Position numbers and translations under genes: made by a program. Below the pieces are notes generated by a model. That model saw only the letters and a list, made by a program, of their open reading frames with translations. It ran no database searches and was not told the origin of the DNA. A DNA stretch of 64,000 nucleotides from the NCBI RefSeq assembly GCF_964194155.1, contig NC_135894.1, positions 20,336,001-20,400,000 on the forward strand. The letters run 5' to 3'. Source of the DNA: Cetorhinus maximus (Eukaryota). Shown piece after piece: positions 49,915 to 63,039 of this stretch. How positions within the stretch are numbered: position 1 is the stretch's first letter; every line of letters begins with the position of its first letter.

Positions 49915-51753
49915 GTGGATGGAATATAAAGAACGACAGAGAATGACTAAATGGTTAATCAGGAGAAAGAAATTAGAGTATAAAAGGAAGCTAGCTAGAA
50001 ATGTAAAAACGGATAGCAAGAGTTTCTACAGGTATTTAAAGAGGAAAAGAGTAAGTAAAGTGAGTGTTGGTCCTCTAGAGAGTGACAGTGGGGAGTTAAT
50101 AGTAGATAATAAGGAAATAGCAAAAGAAATTAACAAATATTTTGCTTCTGCATTCACTATAGAGGATACAAAAAACATTCCAGTAATAGCTGCAAATCAG
50201 GAGGTGAATGGGAGAAATTGGTGAAATTGAAATCACTAGGGAAGTGGTACTGAGCAAATTGATGGAGCTTCAGGTTGGCAAGTCTCCAGATCCCGATGTA
50301 CTACATCCTAGTGTCTTAAAAGAGGTGGCTAAAGAGGTAGTTGATGCGTTGGTGTTAATTTTCCAAAATTTGCTAGATTCTGGAAAGGTTCCATCAGATT
50401 GGAAAGTAGCAAATATAATCCCTCTATTCAAGAAGGGAGGGAGGCCGAAAACAGGGAACTATAGGCTGGTTAGCTTGACGTCTATCATGGGGAAGTTATT
50501 GGAATCGATCATTAAGGAGGTTATAGTGGGCACTTAGATGCAATAGGGAAGAGTCACATGGTTTTATGAAAGGAAAATCATGTTTAACCAATTTATTGGA
50601 GTTTTTTTGAAGGAGTCATGTGCACAGTGGATAAAAAGGGAGCCTGTAGACGTACTGTACTTGGATTTCCAAACACATTTGATAAGGTGCCACATCAAAG
50701 ATTGTTATGGAAAATAAAAGCACATGGTGCAGTGGGTAACATATTAGCATGGATAGAGGATTGGCTGGCTGGCAGAAAGCAGAGAGTATGCATAAATGGG
50801 TCTTTTTCTGATTGGCAGGATGTGATGAGTGGAGTCCCACAGGGGTCTGTACTGGAGCCTCAACTTTTTACATCATTTACGATTTACATCAATGACTTAG
50901 ATGAGGGGAGTGAAGACATGGTAGCTAAATTTGCAAATGACACAAAGATAGGTAGGAAAGTATGTTGTGAAGAGGACATGAGGAGGTTGCAGATGGATAT
51001 AGATAGGTTGAGTGAGTGGGCAAGGATCCGGCAAAAGAATTTTAACGTGGGAAAATGTGAAGTTGTTCACTTTGGCAGGAAGAACAAAAAAGCAGAGTAT
51101 TACTTACATGGAGAAAGGCTGCATTATTCTGAGGTGCAGAGGGATCTAGGTGTTCTAGTGCATGTGTCACAAAAAAGTTAGTATGCAGGTACAGCAAGTA
51201 ATTAAGAAGGTTAATGGAATGCTATCCTTTATTACGAGAGGAATTGAACATTGAAAAGTTATGCTTCAGTTATACAGAGCATTGGTGAGACCGCACCTCG
51301 AATAGTGTGTGCAGTTTTGGTCTCCTTATTTAAGGAAGGATGTAAATGCATTGGAGACGGTTCAAAGGAGTTTTACTAGATTGATACCTGGAATGAGTGG
51401 GTTATGACAGACTGGGCTTGTTTCCACTGGAGTTTAGAGTCCAGAGCTAGGGGGCACTGTTTTTTAGGAGCCGTCCTTTTAGGACAGAGGTGAGGAGAAT
51501 TTTTTTCCCTCAGAGGGTTGTGCGACTTTGGAATTCTCTGCCTCAGAAGGTGGTGGAGGCAGGGTCGTTGAATATTTTTAAGGCAGGGGTAGTTAGATTC
51601 TTGTTAGGCAAGGGAATCAAAGATTATCGGGGTTAGATGGGAATGTGGAAATCAAAACACAAGAAGATCAGCCATGATCTTATTGAATGGCACAGCAGAC
51701 TCAAGGGGCCAAATGGTCTACTCCAGTTCCTATTTCTTATGTTCTTATGTTCT
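49915..51753 (+). mobile_element. CR1 LINE ORF2 fragment with 3' tail
   Basis: NYRLVSLTSIMGKLLESII, GVPQGSVLEP, KFANDTK; tail TTCTTATGTTCTTATGTTCT. Confidence 0.92.
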
Positions 51754-53139
51754 AACCAACAGAGAATCCTTCAGGCCTTCAATGTTTCAACCGCTATCTT
51801 AACGACTGTGTAAACAAGTGACCTGTTTCTTTTTACTCTGGAGATATTCTAAGTGCATGTTAAATCTTTAGAAATCATATTTTCTTTTCTGAGTGTCTGT
51901 CTGTTTGGAGAGTAGGTATCTGTTGTGTTTACATTTTGGGTTTTGTGAAAAATAAATGTTTATCCTTTTTTTGAATTAAACTTACAAGAAAGCCTGCTTT
52001 TTGTCTATTCTTTAAACTCACAGCACTAAAAATGAAAAAAAAAACACTCTTTCTCAGAAATACACCTTGTTGTGGTCAGCTGACAGGTGAGACAAAGAGG
52101 GAGATTATCCTACAACTCCCTGTCCGTAACACGGGCATGAAAACTCTGGGGACCATCAGCAGTAACTTGCTGGTGAGGCCTCTGATATCCTGTAATGCTC
52201 AATACCAACATTGCACAGGCAGTGTTCGAGCTTTGAGAATCAATGCAGAATGTGGCTATTGCATTAAGACATGCAGCAGGTCCCCTGAAAGGGGATGGTG
52301 AGGCTACAATCGGAATACCCACCTTCATGGATGCTCAGACTTCTGCTCCTGAATCTTTGAGTGACAGACTGAATGGACTGATGAATCTTGGCTTTCAGTC
52401 TCTTATTCAGGCATTGTGGGATCTGACAGCTGCCATCATGCTACATCAGATCGCTGTATGGGGCTACAGGTGATGACTGCATTGGAAGAAAAGCTGGTAT
52501 GCGTCAGGCACCAGCCGCTGTCACCTCCCCAGGTGTGAGACCGGGCTCCAGCCTTCTGGCAGCAAGCACCATACACAATAGGCCGCATGCAAGGCAGCTC
52601 TGGAACTTCCTCCTGGAACATAGGCAGCAGCAGGTCTGGTTCAGGAGCAAACAACCATCATCAAAGACTGACCACAGGCCCAAGACTCATCACCTCCATC
52701 AGTCTTTCCTATACACCTCACCTTTCCAGTCCTATGTTTACTGGGAGACAGTTCAGGGTAGCAGCTGGTCAACAAGCTCACCTGGCAATGAGGACAAGCA
52801 GGTTGCCAAGAGCGAGTTGCGGAGATTTAATTGCTAGCACTACCTCCTTTTCCCGTTTTGTCATGAAGGAGGGAAACTGCCTGGCTGGAACATTGTAACA
52901 TTCACACACATTTCCCACTTTTTTGTTCACTTATCGAATGTGTGCATAGCTGACAAGGCCAAAATGTATTGCCCATTTCTATTTGCTCTTGAGAAAGTGG
53001 TGATGAGTTGCTATCTTGAACCCTGAAGTCCATGGATGTAGGTACACCTAAAGTAGTGAGGGAGACCCAGCAACAGTGAAGGGATGGCAATATATTTCCA
53101 AGTCAGGATTGTGTGTGGCTTGGAGGGGAAATTGTAGAT

Positions 53140-53385
53140 GAAACCTTCATTCATGCCTCATTCAGACTCAACTACTACAATGTGCTGCTAGTCGGTCTCC
53201 CACCTTCCATCCTCTGAAAGTTGAGCTCAAAAGCTCTGTTGTCCTTATCCTGACTCACACTAAGTTCTGTTCACCCATCATCCCTGTGTTTGCCAACCTA
53301 CATTGGCTTCCAGTCTGACAATTCTCATCCTTGTTTTAAATCTTTTCATGACCTTCCTTATCTCTGTAGCCTCCTCAAGCCTCCT
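53140..53385 (+). mobile_element. L2-like fragment paralogous to 57450-57643 + 61555-61620
   Basis: Alignable by eye across the Penelope insertion site of the other copy. Confidence 0.75.
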
Positions 53386-54602
53386 ATTGACCTGCTAACC
53401 TTGTTCTTCCAGGTAAAGACGCTGCTGGAACAGGATGTCAGTTAGCTAAAACATCCATGACTACTGCATAGGTGCTTCCTGGCTGCATGGAAGGATCCAG
53501 ACTCATAAAAGTTGAATCCTGCTGAGACATTCATTTCTATAGTTAAGGCTGTGCTGCATTAGGAAGCAAGTTATAGAGTTTACCAATTAATTCCTTTATA
53601 AAGTATGGCTGCTGAACAGTCAGCTCCTCAGACATCTCTCTGAATGTCAGTCAATGCCTATATATTCTCTGATCCAGTATTTGAGTATGGGGTGTTGTCT
53701 CTGCTGGCTGTTCATCACTCTCTGGCCTCCACTGTCTCAGGTCTATGCCTCCACCTCCTCCATTATATTATTAGACAGGGTTGGACACACTGAAAGAGCC
53801 ATTTTTATTTCTTAAATCAACTGTAAAATGGCCATCTTCAGTAACAGGATGGGAATGGCTGCAATACTTCCTGGAACAGTTGATTCGCACCTGCCTCAGG
53901 TCTGCATGAATATCTGGCCCCAATTTGAAGAGACCCTCTGAGAAAATGCAATTTGAGGAAACTTTATAACTTGGTGGCAAGGACAGTTATATGGACAGAG
54001 ATGCATTCTGCCAGGGGATTTGGTAGATGATTGTAAAATATTGAGGAGATTTACTTGTCCCAAATTACACACTTAATGTCCTAAATTCCAAAATCTTTTA
54101 GGCTACACATTTACTTTATGCCATGATGTATATGTCTCTAGGTGCAAATATGCAGGAAAGTAAAAATCAATTTTTTTGACTGTTATGTTTTGATAAAGTT
54201 GAGCATTTAATTTTTGAGAGAGGAGCAATGTATTATTTAAGACCATTTTAAAACTAGAATGATATCCAAATTGTCATCACCATGTCTATTCCCTTTACAG
54301 TTGCTGTAACCTACATTACAACAATGACTACGCTTCAGAAGAAGTTCATTGGCTTTGAAGCGCTTTGGGATATTCTGAAGTCAAAAAGGCATTATCTAAA
54401 TGCAAGTCCTGTGGAATTGCAGATGGGTAGTCAAGCCTAAGTGTTGTCTTAAAGTAAAGCATAATTAGAGGGTAAGGGACCAGGGAACCAAGGCATAATT
54501 CAGTTTCCATTCTAAAGTTACATATTTTGTCCTTTTGTTATTTTAAACAGAATTATGTATATATATCAGATTGGCTTATAAATCAAACTATTGGTGTAAT
54601 AT

Positions 54603-57007
54603 AAAAGCAAAATACTGCAGATGCTGGAAATCTGAAATAAAAACAGAAAATGCTGGAAAAACTCAGCAGGTCTGACAGCATCTACAGAGAGAGAAACAAA
54701 GTTAACGTTTCGAGTCTGTACGGCTCCCTCAGAGCTAAAGAGAAGTAGAAATGTGATAGAATTTATACTGTTTAAGTGGGGTGGAGCAGGTGAAGCTGGA
54801 TAGAAAGTTAGCAATAGGTCGGGGATAAGGAGGGATTGACAAAGATGTCATGGACACAAGACAAAGGGAGTGTTAATGGTAGTGGTAAGGGCTAAAGAAG
54901 GTGTTGACAATTGCATAAGGTTAGAAAGCAGAATGTGTGAATAGCAGAACAAAGGTCAGCACTCTGAAAGAACAACATAGAACAAGTGACATGTGGCCCT
55001 TTTGGGGGTGGAATGGGGTAGGGGGCAGTGATTTGGGAAAAAGGATGGAAAAGGGGATAAAACAATGAATAAATGAATAAAAATAAGTAAATAAAAATAA
55101 ATTTTTAAAAAGGGATTAAAAAAGGGGCAAAGATGTAGGGGAGAGTTCATGGTCTGAAGTTGTTGCACTCAATGTTAAGTCCGCAAGGCTGTAAAGTGCC
55201 TAATTGGAAGACCGGGTGCTGTTCCTCCAGTTTGTGTGGGCTTCACTGGAACATTGCAGCAAGCCAAGGATGGACATGTGGGGCATGAGAGCAGGATGCT
55301 GTGTTGAAAAGGCAAGTGACAGGGAGGTCTGGGTCATGCTTGTGGTCAGACCGAAGGTGTTCCGCAAAGTGGTCACCCAGTCTGCATTTGGTCTCTCCAA
55401 TGTAGAGGAAACCGCATTGGGAGCAGCAAATGCAGTAGACCAAATTGAAGGGGGTGCAAGTGAAATGCTGCTTCACCTGAAAGGAGTGTTTGGGCCCTTT
55501 GATGGTGAGGAGGGAGGAGGTAAAGCGGCAGGTGTTGCACCTTCTGCGATTGCATGGGAAGGTGCTGTGGGAAGGGGAAGAGGTGTTGGGGGTGATGGAA
55601 GAGGTGACCTGGAGGGAATGGTCTCTTCAGATTGCTGACAGAGGGTGGGGGGTCAGGGGGGTGGTGGTGGGGGGTGGGGTGGGGGAGGTGGGTGTGGTGG
55701 TGGCATCATGCTAGAGTTGGCAGAAATGGTGGAGGATGATTCTTTGAATGCAGAGGCTGGTGGGGTGAAAAGTGAGGACAAAAGGGACCCTATCATGATT
55801 CTGGGAGGGCGGGGAAGGTGTGAGGGCGGATGTGCAGGAGATGGGTTGCACACGGTTGAGGGCCCTGTCAACCACAGTGGGTGGAAAACCTTGGTTAAGG
55901 AAGAAGGAAGACACGTCAGAAGTGCCATTTTGGAAGGTGGCATCATCAGAACATGCAATGGAGGCAGAGGAACTGAGAGAATGGGTGGAGTCCTCACAGG
56001 AAGCAGGGTGTGAGGAGCTGTAGTCGAGTTAGCTGTGGGAGTCGGTGGGCTTGTAATGAATATTGGTGGATAGTCTATCACCAGAAATGGAGAATGGAAG
56101 GGAAGTATTGGAGATGGACCATGTGAAGGTGATAGAGGGGTGGAAACTGGAAGCAAAATTGATAAATTTTAATTGGTCCAGACGAGAGCATGAAGCGGCA
56201 CTGATACAGACATGGATGTATCAAAGAAAGAGTTGTGGGAGGGGGCCTGAGTAGGACTGGAACATGGAATGTTCCACATACCCCACAAAGAGGTGTGGGA
56301 GATAGTGGAAGCCTTTGTACACCCTCCTGCTCTCATGCCCACATGTCCGTCCTTGGCCTGCTACAACGTTTCAGTGAAGCCCAACGCAAACTGGAGGAAC
56401 AGCACCTCATCTTCCGACTAGGCACTTTACAGCCTTGTGGACTTAACATTGAGTTCAACAGCATCAGACTATGAACTATCTTCTCTATCCTTACCCCTTT
56501 TTTAATCCCTTTTAAAAAAAATGTATTTCTATTTACTTATTTTTATTTTTTTTCATTTATTCATTGTTTTATCCCCTTATTATCCCTTTTTCTATCCTTT
56601 TTCCCCAAACACCATCCCTCCCTCCCGCCATTCCACCCCCAAAAGGGCCATCTGTCACTTGTTCTATGTTGTTCTTTCACAGAGTGCTGACCCTTGTTCT
56701 GCTATTCACACATTCTGCTTTCTTACCTTTATGCCGCTATCAGCACCTTCTTTAGCCCTTACCACTACCATTAACACTTCCTTTGTCTTGTGTCCGTGAA
56801 ATCTTTGTCAATCTCTCCTTAGCCACCACCTTTCGCTGACATTCTATTCAGCTTCGCCTGCTCCACCCCCCTTAAACAGTATAAACCATCATATTTCTAC
56901 ATCTCTTTAGCTCTGAAGAAGAGTCATACAGGTACGAAATGTTAACTCTGTTTCTCTCTCCACAGATGCTGTCAGGCCCGCTGAGTTTTTCCAGCATTTT
57001 CTGTTTT
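54603..57007 (-). mobile_element. Penelope-like retroelement (RT C-terminal remnant + GIY-YIG endonuclease) with an inverted duplicated 3' end and a 14-bp TSD
   Basis: ORF 55243..55476 FTCTPFNLVYCICCSQCGFLYIGETKCRLGDHFAEHLRS (GIY-YIG with the Cys/His motif of PLEs); FFLNQGFPPTVVDRAL..RVPFVLTFHP; TSD TATTGGTGTAATAT at 54589-54602 and 57008-57021; inverted arm at ~56320-57007. Confidence 0.92.
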
Positions 57008-57643
57008 TATTGGTGTAATATTATAGGGATTAAAGTTGGGTAAATGGAATTGAGGTACATGATCTAATCAAGTGCTGAAAAGACTTAATGGCCTACCTCT
57101 GTAAGAATGCAGATAGTTTTTTTTTTCATTATTGGCACCTCTGTGCAGAGCTTTGACATCATGGGCCAGCAAGACTAATTGTAATGCAAAAAAAAAACAG
57201 CTTAGGAGATTGTCAGGGGATGTGATGTGAGGTGAAGTAGCCCTTGCCAGAAACTCTGTTCCCTAATCATTGACTCCATTTCACCCTTGGCCACTATCTA
57301 AAGCTGAACCAGGAAACCCACAACCTTGGCATCCTATTTGATGTTGAGCTGATCTATCAAATCTATTTCCTCTCTGTCACTAGGACTGCTGATTTCCACC
57401 TCTGTAATATTGCTGACCTCTGTTCCTGGCTTGGCTCATCTGCTGCTGAAGCCCTCATCCATGCACTTGTCGCCTCCAGACTCAACTACTCCAACGTGTT
57501 GCTAGTCGGTCTCCTGCCTTCCATTCTCTGAAAATTGAGTTCAAAAGCTCTGCTGTCCTTATCCTGATTCACACTAAGTCCCACTCACCCATCATCCCTG
57601 TGCTCAGCAACCTACATTGGCTTCCAGTCTGGCAATGCTCATC

Positions 57644-60600
57644 AAGATAAAAGCAAAATACTGAGGATGCTGGAAATCTGAAATAAAAACAGAAAAGGCT
57701 GGCTCCACAGCATCTGTGGAGTGAGAAACAGAGATAACATTGTGAGTCCATATGATGCTTCTTCAGATCTAAAGAGAAGTAGATGTGAAGGAATTTATAC
57801 TGTTTAAGGGAGAGTGGGTAGAGCAGGTAAAGCAGGTTAGGTGGGAGCTAAGGAGAGATTGATAAAGATGTCATGGACACACGACAAAGGGAGTCTTATT
57901 GGTAGTGGTGGAGACTAAAGAAGGTGCTGATAGTGGCATAAAGGTAAGAAAGCAGAATGTTTTAATAGCAGAACAAGGGTCAGCACTCTGTGAAAGAACA
58001 ACATGGAACAAGTGACAGATGGCCCTATTGGCGGTTGGGGCAAGGGGGCGGTGGTTTGAGAAAAAGGGATTTAAAAATGGCAATAAAAAGGGATAAAATA
58101 GTGAATAAATGGATAAAAATAAAAATAACATATCTGTCCTTGGTGTGCTGTCATATTCCAGTGAAGCCCAACGCAAACTGGAGGAATAGCACCTCATCTT
58201 CCGATTAGGCACTTTACAGCCTTCTGGACTTAACATTGAGTTCAACAACTTCAGACAGTGAACTCTCTCCTCTATCTTCATCCCATTTTTAGAATTTATT
58301 TTTATTTTTTATTGACTGATTTTTATTTTTATCCATTCATTTACTGTTTTATCCTTTTTTAAAATCCCATTTTCTATTCTTTTCCCCAACCACAGCCCAC
58401 TCCCCCCAACCCTCCCTCCCCTCCCCAAACCCCACCACAATAGGGCCATCTGTCACTTGTTCTATGTTGTTCTTTCACAGAGTGAAAAAGAGACATGATT
58501 ACAAGGAGATTGAAGCTGGGAACTAAATATTCAGGGGTATGTGACTTTTCGAAAGGGCAGGAAGGAAGGAAAGGGTGGTGGAATAGCTTCATTAGTATAA
58601 GATGGAATAAGTATGATAGCAAGAAATGACCTTGGATTGGAAGATATAGAATCCATATGGGTGGAGGTAAGAAAGAACAAGGGGAAGAAGACACTAGTGG
58701 GAGTAGTCTATAGGCCTCCTAACAGTAGCTATACTGTAGGACAGAGAATAAATCAGGAGTTAATGAAGGCATGTAAAAAAGGCAGTACATAATCATGGGT
58801 GACTTTAATCTTCATGTAGATTGGGAAAATCAAATTGGCAGAGGTAGCTACAAGCAAGAATTCATAGAGTGTATTTGGGACAGTTTCCTAGGACAATATG
58901 TTATGGATCCAACCAGAGATCAGGCTATTTTGGATCTGGTAATGTGTAATGAGGCAGGTTTAATAAATGATCTCGGAGTAAAAGATCCCCTAGGAAACAG
59001 TGACTAACATGGTAGAATTTAGCATTCAGTTTGAGAGTGAGAAACTTAGGTCAGAAACAACTGTGCTAAACTTAAATCAGGGTAATTACAAAGGAATGAG
59101 GGCAGAGATGGCTGGTGTGAACTTGGAAAGGGGTTTAGCAGAAAAGATGGTTGATGAACAATGGCAGATGTTTAAGAAAATAGTTCATGATTCATAACAA
59201 AGGTATATCCCAGTGAGGAAGAAGGATTGTAGGAAGGAGATAAACCAATCATGGTTAACCAAGGAAGTTAAGGATAGTATCAAATTAAAAGAAAATACAT
59301 ACAGTGTGGCAAAGATTAGTGGTAAGCCAAAGGATTGGGAAAGTTTTAAAATCCAACAAAAGATGACCAAAAAATAATAAAGAGGGAGAAAATAAACTTT
59401 GAAGGTAAACTAGCAAGTAATATAAAAATGGACAGTAAAAGCTTATTTAAATATATAAAAAGGAAGAGAGAGGCCAAAGTGAACATAGGCCCCTTATTGA
59501 ATGAGGCTGGAGAACCAGGAAATGGCAGAGGAGTAGAATAAATTATTTGCATCAGTCTTCACTGTGGAAGACACTAATAGCATTCCAAAAATACTAAATA
59601 ATCATGGGGCAAAAGTGGGGGGAGGAAATAAATACAATAACTATCACTGGAGAAAAAGTACTAGGGAAACTAATGGGGCTAAAGGCCGACAAGTCCCTGG
59701 GCCTGATGGGTTGCATCCTAGGATATTAAAGGAAGTAGCTACAGAGATAGTGGTGCAATCTTCCAAGAATCCTTAGACTTTGGAAAAGTTTCAGAAGATT
59801 AGAAAACTTCCAATGTAACAACATTGTTCGAAAAGGGAAGGAGACAAAAAACAGATAACTATAAGCCAATTAGCTTAACATCTGTCATCGGGAAAATGTT
59901 ATCGTGTATTATAAAAGATGTAATAGCAGAGCATTTAGAAATACATAATCTAATCAAGCAGAGTCAGCATGGCTTTATGAAGGGGAAATTTATTAGAATT
60001 CTTTGAGGATGTAACAAGCAGGGTAGATAAAGGGGAACCAGTAGATGTAATATATTTGGATTTCCAAAAGGCATTCAATAAGGCACTGCACATAAGGCTA
60101 CTTAATAAGATAAAAGCCCATGGTGTTGAGGGTAGTATATTAGCATGGATAGAGGATTGGCTAAATAATAGGAGACAGAGAGTTGGGATAAGGGGGTCAT
60201 TTTCAGAATAGCAACCTGCAACCAATGGAGTGCCACAGGTATCAGTGCTGGGGCCACAATTATTTACAATATATATTCATGTATTGGATGAAAGAAGTGA
60301 ATGTACTATCGTCAAGTTTACTATCGTCAACAGGTGGAAAGGCAAGTGGTGAGGATGATGCAAAGAGTCTACAGAGGGATATAGACAGGTTAATTGAGTG
60401 GGCAAAAACTTGACAGAAGGAATATAATGTGGGAAAATGTGAGGTTATGCACTTAGGCAGGATGAATAGAGGAGCTGAATATTATTTAAATGGAGAAAGG
60501 CTCCAGAAAGCTGCAGCGCAGAGGGAATTCGGGGTACTCGTGCATGAATCACAAAAAGCTAGCATACAAGTTCAGTGGGTAATAAGGAAGGCAAATGGGA

Positions 60601-61554
60601 TGTTGGCCTTTATTTCAAAGGGAATGGAGTATAAAAACAGGAAGTCTTTCTCAAACTATACAAGGCACTAGTTAGACCACACCTAGAATAGTGTGAACAA
60701 TTTTGGTCCCCTTATATAAGGAAAGATATACTGGCATTGGAAGCAGTCCAGAGAAGGTTCACTAGGTGCACATTGGTATGGAGGGATTTTCTTACGAGGA
60801 GAGGTTGAGTAGGTTGGGCCTGTATTAATTGGTGTTTAGAAGAATGAGGTGACCTTATTGAAACAGATAAGATTTTTAAGGGGCTTGTCAGGGTAGATAC
60901 TGAGAGGTTGTTTCCCCTTGTTGGAGAGTCTAGAACCAAAGGGCACAATCTCAGAATAAGGGGTTGCCCATTTAAGACAGAGATGAGGAGCAATTTCTTC
61001 TCTCAGAGGGTAGTGAGTCTGTGGAATTCCATACCGCAAAGGGCTATAGAGGTTGGGTCATTAAGTATATTCAAGGCTGAGAAGACATATCTTTAATCAG
61101 TAAGGGAATCAAGGGTTGTGGGGAAAAGGCAGGAAAGTGGAATTGAGGATTATCAGATCAGCCATGATCTCATTGAGTGGTAGAGCAGACTCGATGGGCC
61201 AAATTGCCTACTTCTGCTCCTACGTCTTATGGTCTTATAGTGCTAACCCTTGTTCTGCTATTCACACATTCTGCTTTCTTACCTTGATGTCACTATCAGC
61301 ATCTTCTTTAGTCTTCATCACTACCACCAACGCTTCCTTTGTCCTGTGTCCATGACACCTGTGTCAAAGTCTCCTTAGCCCCCAACTATTGCTGACCTTC
61401 TATCCTGCTTTACCTGCTCCCCCACCCCTAAACAGTATAAATTCTTTCACACCAACTTCTCTTTAGCCTCTGAAGAAGTCATACGGACTCGAAACGTTAA
61501 CTCTGTTTTTCTCTCCACAGATGCTGTCAGACCTGAGTTTTTCTGTTTTTATTA
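57644..61554. mobile_element. Palindromic Penelope-derived element interrupted by CR1, itself inserted in an L2-like fragment
   Basis: TSD TGGCAAT(G/T)CTCATC at 57630-57643 and 61555-61568; arms at 57646-~58130(-) and ~58130-58484 + 61239-61553(+); hammerhead motif at 61470-61502. Confidence 0.85.
58485..61238 (+). mobile_element. CR1 LINE ORF2 (APE + RT) inserted in the Penelope arm
   Basis: MGDFNLH, LDLVMCN, NYKPISLTSVIGK; host sequence CACAGAGTG|CTGACCC is split, with AGTG repeated at both junctions. Confidence 0.93.
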
Positions 61555-62245
61555 TGGCAATTCTCATCCTTATTTTAAATCTTTTCATGGCCTTCCCTAT
61601 CTCTGTAACCTCCTCAAATCCTGAAAACCTTTAAGAATTCTGTGCTCTTCCAGTTCTAGCCCCTTGCGCATCCCTGATTTTGATAATTCCACCATTGATG
61701 GCTGTGGTTCCAGCTGCCTATGCCCTGAGCTTTGGAAATTCCCCCTGAAAGCTCTTCACCGCTCTGTTTTTAAAATCACTCCTTAAAATCTTTGACTAAG
61801 CTTTTGGTCACCTGCCCTAATATCACTTAATGTGGTCAATTAATCTAATAATTTAATCTGATAATGGAGCTGTGAAGCACCTTGGGTAAACTTGTCAAAT
61901 TTTCAGAATTGCCCCGGAATCTGCAGGAAGTGAAGATTAATTTCAAGGACACTGCTGCAATTAGTCAAGGAGAAAAACTGAAGGAGCATAAAACAAGGAA
62001 TCTTTTCATTTTCTTGTAACATTTTTACTCATTTGTTATAAAAATATGAGTGATCAGAAGAAAGAGTGACTGCACGGACAAGAGATCATGTGATTAATCC
62101 TCCAGGGATACATCCAACTATATACACCTATGTAAATGCAAATTATTGTTGCTGCGGCTCTCTATGATAGACTTTTGGAAACTTTTCTTTCATGCTTGGA
62201 GCGAGAAAGTGCTTTGGAGGTAAAGCACTTAGCACTTGCGAGTGG

Positions 62246-63035
62246 AATAAAACAGAAAATGCTAGAAAAACCTCAGCAGGTTTGGCAGTATCTGTGGGGA
62301 GAGAAACAGAAGTACAGTTTCCAGTCCGTTAAGACATTTCTTCAGAGCTAAAGAGTAGAAATATGATGAATTTTATACTGTTTAATTGGGGGGAGCGGCA
62401 GGTGGAAGAGATAGGTCACGGATAGGTGACAGCTAAGGAGAGATTGACAAAGCTGTCATGAACACAAATCAAAGGGGGTGTTAATGGTAGTGGTGAAGGT
62501 GCTGAGAGGGGCATAAAGGTAAGATAGCAGAAGGGGTTAATAGCAGAACAAGGGTCAGCACTCGTGAAAGCAAACCATAGGAAAAAAGTGATAGGTGGCC
62601 CTGGGGGGGGTGGGGAGAAGGAGAGGGGGAGAAGGAGAGGGGGGAGGGGGAGAAGGAGAGGGGGGAGGGGGAGAAGGAGAGGGGGGAGGGGGAGAAGGAG
62701 AGGGGGGAGGGGGAGAAGGAGAGGGGGGAGGGGGAGAAGGAGAGGGGGGAGGGGGAGAAGGAGAGGGGGGAGGGGGAGAAGGAGAGGGGGGAGGGGGAGA
62801 AGGAGAGGGGGGAGGGGGAGAAGGAGAGGGGGGAGGGGGAGAAGGAGAGGGGGGAGGGGGAGAAGGAGAGGGGGGGAATATAAAATAAATAAATATTGGA
62901 TGGGAGCTGGACATATTCAGCAGCTCTAGCTGCATCAATGTGGTGTGAAAATATCCTCGACCTGCAATGGCTCAATCTGTTTCTCCCTGCGGATGTTGCC
63001 AGGGCCCGCTGAGCATTTCCAGCATCAGCAGTATT
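62246..63035 (-). mobile_element. Penelope-derived terminal-repeat element abutting the SUCLA2 promoter
   Basis: Same arm sequence as 54603-55000; residual inverted arm at ~62975-63035. Confidence 0.75.
62612..62877. repeat. 21-bp pure-purine minisatellite, ~12 copies
   Basis: Unit GGGGGAGAAGGAGAGGGGGGA; gives the SPSPLSF and GGGEGEG repeat ORFs. Confidence 0.95.
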
Positions 63036-63039
63036 TGCC

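Noticed and set aside
49607-50224. 205-aa ORF as a novel gene
   Set aside because: Chimeric: the 3' half is CR1 ORF2 (LARNVKTDSKSFYRYLK) and the 5' half is unrecognisable flanking or LTR-like sequence with a non-ATG start.
52140-52900. Cluster of 70-110 aa ORFs as a coding exon or Harbinger remnant
   Set aside because: No recognisable domain or consistent splice signals; cannot be supported without a database search.
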